Assembly: GCA_024763055.1 (NCBI GenBank)
Contig: JANTGH010000001.1
Span: forward strand, 877 to 64,876
DNA from: Desulfobulbaceae bacterium
GTDB lineage: Bacteria; Desulfobacterota; Desulfobulbia; Desulfobulbales; Desulfobulbaceae
DNA length: 64,000 nucleotides
Direction of reading: 5' to 3'
Position 1 is the stretch's first letter; each line of letters begins with the position of its first letter. The position numbers and the translations under genes are program-made. This document shows positions 58,451 to 64,000 of this stretch, piece after piece. The notes beneath the pieces were generated by a model. That model did no database searches and was not told the origin of the DNA. It saw nothing but the letters and a program-made list of their open reading frames with translations.

Positions 58451-60352
58451 TTATTCTGAAAGTTCTTTGTGGATTGCTGATGCTATTGTCTGCAGAGTGT
58501 ATGGTTTTTTAACGATGCTGCGCGCGCCAAGATCAACGGCCTTTTTCATTCTCTTGGTTTCGGAATAGCCGCTGACAATGATTACTTTTTGATCCGGGTG
58601 GATATCAAGAATTTTCCGATAGGTATCCAGGCCATCCATTCCGGGATCCATAATCATGTCGAGCAGGACGAGGTCAACAGGCCTTTTTTTAAGCAGTTGT
58701 ATCGCATCCTCACCACTGGCCACCAGTTTCGGCCTGTAGCCAAGGGTTGTCAGGATGCTGTTGCCGAGAGATCGTTGCTCCGGGGCGTCGTCGACCAGCA
58801 GGATGACTTCCCCGTTCCCACGTTGCAGGGCCGTTGGTCCGGATTTTATCCGTGCCGCTTCGGTTTTGTCTTTTATGGCAGCAGGGAATAACAGGGTTAT
58901 GGTGGTTCCCGCTCCAGAGGTGCTCTCGACATCAAGGTATCCGCCATGGTCTTTTACCGTACCCCAGACCACGGTCATGCCAAGTCCGGTGCCGCTGCGA
59001 CCCATAATTTTACTGGTATAAAACGGTTCAAATATTTTATCCAGGCTCTCCTCGGGAATGCCCACCCCGCTGTCTCTGATTGACAACACCACATACTCGC
59101 CGGGCATAATAGTATCATACCCCTTGATAGGGGTGTGGATGAGTCGGTTTTCTGTTGTGATGGAAACAGTCCCCGTACCCCCTTCTATTGCTTCATAGGC
59201 ATTGACAACAAGGTTCATTACCATCTTTTCAAGATGTATCGGGGACCCGGATAGAGCCTTTAGACCGGAGGAAAATTGAGTTTCCATTGTGACGCCGGGA
59301 TTATTTTTCTGCAGATTAATAAATTCCAGGCTCTGTAGATATTCATTTACAATGTCGTTGAGCTGCACGGTTTCCTTGATGGTGATTCCGCGACGAGCCA
59401 GGGTCAGCAGGTCCTGAACAATTGCCGCTGCCCGATTTCCCGCCTGCTGTATATTCTGCAGTGGTTTACGCATATTACTGTCAGGGGGTAAATCAAGAAG
59501 CAGCAGGTCGGGATAACTGACAATACCGGAGAGTACATTGTTCAGATCGTGGGCCACTCCACCGGCCAGGCGACCCAGCAGTTCCATCTTCTGGGCTCTG
59601 AGCAGCTCAGCTTCAAGACGGATACGTTCCTCTTCCGCCCATTTTCGTTCCTCGATTTCCACCCGCAGTTGTTTGTTAGCCTGTTCAATTTCGGCCGTTC
59701 TGAGTTCAACCCGGAGCTCGAGCTGATCACGCGCTTCTTCGAGTTGTTCTTCTTTCAGCTGCAGTTTGCTGATTGTTGAGGCCAGAAGTTTCTGTTTCTC
59801 CTGCATCGCCTTGCGGGCAGTCGCGCGGCTGTTTTCCACGAGACAGGCCAGAATAAAAATGAGCAGGTAGGAAGGGATAAAGCGAATGGAGAAGTCCCTG
59901 CTGTTATAGACGCTGACGGTATCACTTAACAGGTCGACAATGAGAAATCCCGTGCAAAAGCTGAAAAGCAGGCCGGTGGCAAGGGCGCCTTTTTTAAATC
60001 CAAGAAGATACAGGGAAAAAAGAGGGAAGGTATACAACCACATGAAAGCGGTGGTATTGACCCCGCCGGTAAAAAAGAGAATGCAGAAAAAAACAAGAAT
60101 GATACCGACGCCGACACGGGCAACAATGGGTTCCCTGCCGGTTTGACGGAGATAGAAAAAGAGGCCGAAAAAGATAACGGCCATGGCAAAATCCATGAAA
60201 CCGAGAGGCGGATCATTCTGCAGCAGGGCAACAGTGCCCATAACAAGAAGAATAATGAATCCAAGAAGAAGGAATATATTGATGAGAACAATTTTCCTTC
60301 TGATCTCACTGTCGTGGTACTCACGGATTCCACTGTGAACAAAAGAATGCAT
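58451..60352 (-). CDS. Membrane-bound hybrid sensor histidine kinase (multi-TM sensor, HisKA, HATPase, REC)
   Basis: About 6 predicted TM helices, a coiled coil, H-box HDLNNVLSGI, GTGLGMT, and a C-terminal REC (ILLVDD...DLVLLDMIMP). I prefer the ATG at 60352, which has GGGAG upstream. Confidence 0.85.
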   Translation of the reverse strand: MHSFVHSGIREYHDSEIRRKIVLINIFLLLGFIILLVMGTVALLQNDPPLGFMDFAMAVIFFGLFFYLRQTGREPIVARVGVGIILVFFCILFFTGGVNTTAFMWLYTFPLFSLYLLGFKKGALATGLLFSFCTGFLIVDLLSDTVSVYNSRDFSIRFIPSYLLIFILACLVENSRATARKAMQEKQKLLASTISKLQLKEEQLEEARDQLELRVELRTAEIEQANKQLRVEIEERKWAEEERIRLEAELLRAQKMELLGRLAGGVAHDLNNVLSGIVSYPDLLLLDLPPDSNMRKPLQNIQQAGNRAAAIVQDLLTLARRGITIKETVQLNDIVNEYLQSLEFINLQKNNPGVTMETQFSSGLKALSGSPIHLEKMVMNLVVNAYEAIEGGTGTVSITTENRLIHTPIKGYDTIMPGEYVVLSIRDSGVGIPEESLDKIFEPFYTSKIMGRSGTGLGMTVVWGTVKDHGGYLDVESTSGAGTTITLLFPAAIKDKTEAARIKSGPTALQRGNGEVILLVDDAPEQRSLGNSILTTLGYRPKLVASGEDAIQLLKKRPVDLVLLDMIMDPGMDGLDTYRKILDIHPDQKVIIVSGYSETKRMKKAVDLGARSIVKKPYTLQTIASAIHKELSE

Positions 60353-60748
60353 CGAACTCCCTGGCATTATCGGGGTGGTAACACGGTATTTATCAATGAA
60401 GGAGCATTGAGGGCCCCTGACAACAGGTTGTTTATGGGCGCAACCGATCGACAAAATACTCTTTTTTCACCACAATACAGTACATAGGGGAAAAGTTGTA
60501 TAAAAAATCGTCTGATGGGGTGGACCGCTCCGCTCGCAAGCTCGCTTTACATTGGCCCATTCCATCGGGCCCGGTTGTTGATGAACGCAATAATGGGTGG
60601 GGCGCGTAGCGCGGAACCCATTAATGGCGTTCGAGCCGACTGCACTTCTCGGGGTCTGCGCAAGCAAGCTTGTTCCGCCACCTGCTATGCTCGCGGCTCA
60701 ACAGCCGGCCCGTTAGCTGACGCAAAAAGCGCGAATGGTCGGCGGTTT

Positions 60749-61966
60749 TTACCTTGCAGCTTTAATCTCTCTTGCCAATACCCGTGCCTGGGCTTCAGCC
60801 TGGGCCAGTATCTCATCATCCGGCCGTCCCTGCCATTCCACCGGCTCGACAAACTCCCATTTCAGTTTTTCGGTGAGCGTGTCCAGCTCCCGCTGCGCGC
60901 CTCCCGACCAGCCGAATGAACCGAATCGCAACACTTTTTTGTTCCATACCTTTTTGCGGCCGAACATATCCAATACCCAGGCCATGGGTGGAAACATTCG
61001 GTACTCATAGGTTGGCATGCCGATGATCAGACCGGCGGATTTCCAGGCTGATTCCAGAATAAATCCAACATGGTCATCGGGTACCCGGTGAATGTGGACC
61101 GGTAAACCTTCGGCGCGAACGCCCTGGACCATGGCATTGACGACTTTCTGGGTGTTGCCGTACATGCTTGACCAGAGAACGGTAATTTCCGGCTCGGCAG
61201 GGCCGTTCATGTAGGAGGCAAAACGCTCATAGGCCTTGACGATAGCCATGGGATCTTCCCGCCAGACAATACCATGGGAAGGGGCGACCATTTTGATGTC
61301 CAGATCCTGGACTCCGGAAATGGCTTTTGCAACAAACATGGACAACCCGCCGATGATATTGGCGTAGTAACGCAGGGCCTCGCGCATGAAAAAGTCGTGC
61401 TGCTCCGAGGACAACTGATTATCAAAAATAACGTCCTTGATAGTGCCGTAGGAGCCAAAGGCATCGCAGGAAAACAAAATTCCCGATGACTGTTCATAGG
61501 TGAACATGGTTTCCGGCCAATGCAGGTTCGGGGCTTCATAAAAGGTCAATACCTTTCCTTCGCCCAGATCCAGAGTGTCACCGGTTTTGACAATATGGAC
61601 ATTCTGGTCAATGCCGCAGAATGCCTTGAGGACCCCCGCCCCTTTTTCGGTGATGAAAAATTCAAGATCTGGATTTTTCCTGTAAAAGGCAGGCAGCCAA
61701 CTGGTATGGTCCGGTTCCATGTGGTTGATAATCAGATAGTCCACATCCGTTGCCTGCAGCGGAATAGAGGCCATCTCCTGCTCAAACTGGGCCGGTTTGT
61801 CATCAACATCCTCCGTCAGGTCGATGATGGCTGTTTTTTCTCCCTGAATGACATAAGAGTTAATGGAGATACCGTCGGGCATGGGCCACATGCCTTCAAA
61901 CAGTTGATCGTTTTCCAGGTTGATTCCCAGGCGGTAGATTCCTTCCGTCATTTTGGTTGCTTTCAT
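60749..61966 (-). CDS. fprA: Flavodiiron protein (FprA / rubredoxin:oxygen oxidoreductase type)
   Basis: MBL-like domain with the HMEPDH diiron motif, plus a C-terminal flavodoxin domain (ITVLWSSMYGNT). Confidence 0.9.
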   Translation of the reverse strand: MKATKMTEGIYRLGINLENDQLFEGMWPMPDGISINSYVIQGEKTAIIDLTEDVDDKPAQFEQEMASIPLQATDVDYLIINHMEPDHTSWLPAFYRKNPDLEFFITEKGAGVLKAFCGIDQNVHIVKTGDTLDLGEGKVLTFYEAPNLHWPETMFTYEQSSGILFSCDAFGSYGTIKDVIFDNQLSSEQHDFFMREALRYYANIIGGLSMFVAKAISGVQDLDIKMVAPSHGIVWREDPMAIVKAYERFASYMNGPAEPEITVLWSSMYGNTQKVVNAMVQGVRAEGLPVHIHRVPDDHVGFILESAWKSAGLIIGMPTYEYRMFPPMAWVLDMFGRKKVWNKKVLRFGSFGWSGGAQRELDTLTEKLKWEFVEPVEWQGRPDDEILAQAEAQARVLAREIKAAR

Positions 61967-62041
61967 GATACTCTCCTGATTGTTGAAGATTGTCTCAGTT
62001 TTGCTGTATATTTTAACAAGGTATATTCCCGGTAGAATCTT

Positions 62042-62494
62042 TTACTTACTCTGTTTTTTCGCCAGATTCATTATCTGTCGGTTTTTTTGTTGCAGAAGAC
62101 GATCACCATGAGCCAGGCTGTTGGATTTCTTCGCCAGTAACAGTGCCTGGCTATAACGATGCTGCGCAAGTCGGATTTCGGCAAGTTGCGACCAGAGATA
62201 TCCGTCTTTTGGCGCAACTCGCAGGCCCCGTTCAAGAGCCTGGGCAGCGGCTTCCGGCTGGTTATTGTGGAGAAGATTGTCAGCCTGCCTGCTGATCTCT
62301 GCAAGGAGAGAATCGGCAGGCTTTACAGCTGGGGCCTGCGCTGGTGCGGTAGAGCCCGGCTGCCTGACAGTTTGCTCCATGGGGGGCGGTACGGGTTTTT
62401 TATGATAGGGAGTGGCAATTGGATAACGGGGCGCGCAGCTGTAAATTAAAGGCAGTAGAGAGAGGACTGCCAAAAAGATGATTGATCGTTTCAT
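62042..62494 (-). CDS. TPR-containing lipoprotein
   Basis: Lipobox LPLIYSC, a Pro/Ala-rich linker, then TPR helices (AAAQALERGLRVAPKDGYLWSQLAEI). Its start overlaps the PBP gene's stop. Confidence 0.7.
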   Translation of the reverse strand: MKRSIIFLAVLSLLPLIYSCAPRYPIATPYHKKPVPPPMEQTVRQPGSTAPAQAPAVKPADSLLAEISRQADNLLHNNQPEAAAQALERGLRVAPKDGYLWSQLAEIRLAQHRYSQALLLAKKSNSLAHGDRLLQQKNRQIMNLAKKQSK

Positions 62495-64000
62495 TGGAAA
62501 ATCCTTAAAAATTGCCGGATGCCCTTCTGCAGGGTCCGTTCAAGGTTGTCTTCGGATTGCGTTCTTTGTTGGCTTTGTCGTCGGGGTGTCCCCGGTGTAG
62601 TACAGGTGATGACCGACGGCAGCACGCCACCTCGGATGAAAGGGACTAATGTTCCTTGTCGACATTGATCGCTGAAGAGTCTACCGGTTACAACATCGGA
62701 AAAATAAAGATCAATATCCGGTGGTGGCTGCAGATCGAGCGCTCTGGTTGCAATTTTTTTCATCAGCTGTGCCCAGACCCGCAGGGCACCGGTCGCACCG
62801 GTGAGGCCGGTTGATTTATTGTCATCGCGGCCGACCCAGGCCACCGCCACATGGGAGTCGGAAAAACCTGCAAACCAGGAATCTCGCAGGTCATTGGTGG
62901 TGCCCGTTTTTCCTGCTACCCTCAATCCGGGCGGCAGCCGTTGCTGCAGGGTTCCCGCGGTACCGGTTCTGGTAACCTCCTCCAGGGCGGTATTCAGGCA
63001 GAAGACGGCAGCGGGATCAGCAGCCTGCTCTACAGTCAGAGGATATCGTTGTAAAATTCGGTTGTCCTGGTCGGTGACCGCAAGGATGGTGCGTAGTGGC
63101 GTTTTATAACCGCCGGCGGCTATGGTCTGGTACATCTGCAGCACCGCAATGGGGGGGAGATCGACCGCGCCAAGAAGCAGGGAAGGGAATGGTTTTATTT
63201 CATCAGATATTCCAAGATGATGGAGTGTTTTAATGACGTTGTCAAGGCCTATTTCCATGCCGAGCTGGACGGTAGCAACATTCAGGGAATGCACCAGTGC
63301 CTGTCTGAGCGGTACGGGGCCGTGAAAGGTTTTGTCATAGTTCTGTGGCTGCCAATCTTCGCCGGAGGTTGGGATGGTTAACGGGGTGTCATAAAGAATG
63401 GTCAGCAGGTTGTATTGGTCCGGGCGGCCCAATGCGCTTAGATAGACTGCCGGTTTGATCACCGAACCAAGTGGACGTCTCATGTCGAGAGCCCGGTTAA
63501 AGCCGGCCTGACGTGGGAAACGGTTGCCGACAACGGCCTGAACTTCACCTTGATCGGTAGAGCAGATAACAAGAGCCCCTTGCAGTGTATCCTCGGGCAT
63601 TTTTCGCTCATGTTCAATTGTGGAAAGTACCTCCCCAAGGCTTTTTTCAGCCTGTTGCTGCAGGATGGGATCAAAGGTGGTGAAAATGGAGAGACCCTCA
63701 TTTTGCAGGTCTTCTTCCTGATAATCCTGTTTGAGCTGGCGGCGGACGAGTTGCACAAAGGCGGGATAACGGGTAATGCCCGAAGGGGCACGTTCCACAA
63801 CTCCAAGGGGACGCTGCTGGAGGACGGGCACGACTGCAGGCTGGAGGACACCGGCTATGCCCATGTTTTTTAGAATGAGGTTCCGTCGGGTCTTTGCGCG
63901 CTGCGGATGTCTTCTCGGATCATAAAAGGAAGCCCCCTTGGCCATACCCACAAGCAGCGCCATCTGGTTTGGTGTGAGTTCGTTGATATTTCGTTGAAAA
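62491..64000 (-). CDS. mrcB: Penicillin-binding protein 1B (class A PBP), N-terminus beyond window edge
   Basis: Transpeptidase motifs SVIKP (SxxK), SLN and KTGTT. The linker RPLGV...PAFVQLVRRQL...IFTTFD resembles E. coli PBP1B. The ORF is open to the window edge. Confidence 0.85.
   Translation of the reverse strand, partial: FQRNINELTPNQMALLVGMAKGASFYDPRRHPQRAKTRRNLILKNMGIAGVLQPAVVPVLQQRPLGVVERAPSGITRYPAFVQLVRRQLKQDYQEEDLQNEGLSIFTTFDPILQQQAEKSLGEVLSTIEHERKMPEDTLQGALVICSTDQGEVQAVVGNRFPRQAGFNRALDMRRPLGSVIKPAVYLSALGRPDQYNLLTILYDTPLTIPTSGEDWQPQNYDKTFHGPVPLRQALVHSLNVATVQLGMEIGLDNVIKTLHHLGISDEIKPFPSLLLGAVDLPPIAVLQMYQTIAAGGYKTPLRTILAVTDQDNRILQRYPLTVEQAADPAAVFCLNTALEEVTRTGTAGTLQQRLPPGLRVAGKTGTTNDLRDSWFAGFSDSHVAVAWVGRDDNKSTGLTGATGALRVWAQLMKKIATRALDLQPPPDIDLYFSDVVTGRLFSDQCRQGTLVPFIRGGVLPSVITCTTPGTPRRQSQQRTQSEDNLERTLQKGIRQFLRIFQ

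Noticed and set aside
60515-60919. 134-aa + strand ORF across the GC-rich spacer into fprA.
   Set aside because: Half of it is antisense to the well-supported fprA gene and the rest covers REP-like palindromes. Its Arg/Ala/Gly-rich translation has no motif.

Overview
This 64-kb window looks like ordinary chromosome from an anaerobe. The gene content points to a Desulfobacterota/deltaproteobacterial-type organism: indolepyruvate:ferredoxin oxidoreductase, flavodiiron FprA, bacteriohemerythrin, an AhbD/NirJ-type radical SAM enzyme and many PAS/c-di-GMP proteins. That taxonomic call is inference from gene content only. I can support about 50 protein genes, one tRNA-Cys(GCA), a few terminator-like hairpins and an unusually dense set of intergenic repeats.

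Left to right: mltG, lon, an LbH transferase-like gene, an orphan ORF, tRNA-Cys, rnc overlapping an ELP3-like radical SAM gene, and an ABC-F ATPase. Then comes a large iorAB-paaK-ACT-livKHMGF-paaK amino-acid/arylacetate block. It is interrupted between livM and livG by an AT-rich two-gene DUF6516 (TumE-like)/wHTH cassette. Next are rph, a NUDIX gene and rlmKL. A c-di-GMP block follows (PAS-GGDEF, multi-PAS hybrid kinase, REC-HD-GYP). After that comes a tolC-MFP-RND-hemerythrin array.

The next element is a five-gene non-canonical Hsp70 module: a TPR-like protein, a J-like protein without HPD, GrpE-like, Hsp70 and a zinc ribbon. A decapitated MmeI-like type IIG restriction-modification remnant sits beside it. 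The rest comprises a beta-CASP MBL nuclease, an OmpA-family protein, an rSAM/SPASM-hemE-HD-PAS-MBL array, usp, an orphan SagB-type nitroreductase and an acyl-ACP-reductase-like Rossmann protein. The window ends with a hybrid kinase, fprA, a TPR lipoprotein and a partial mrcB.

I found no CRISPR array, prophage, transposase, integrase or complete recognised defence system. The best candidate for something undescribed is the Hsp70 module at 40.8-46.3 kb. The second notable theme is at least four families of MITE/REP-like palindromic repeats. These include a 177-bp element present twice, one copy nested inside another repeat, and an 8-bp x 8 tandem repeat upstream of hemE. All protein calls rest on motifs read from the supplied translations. 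No database search was run.
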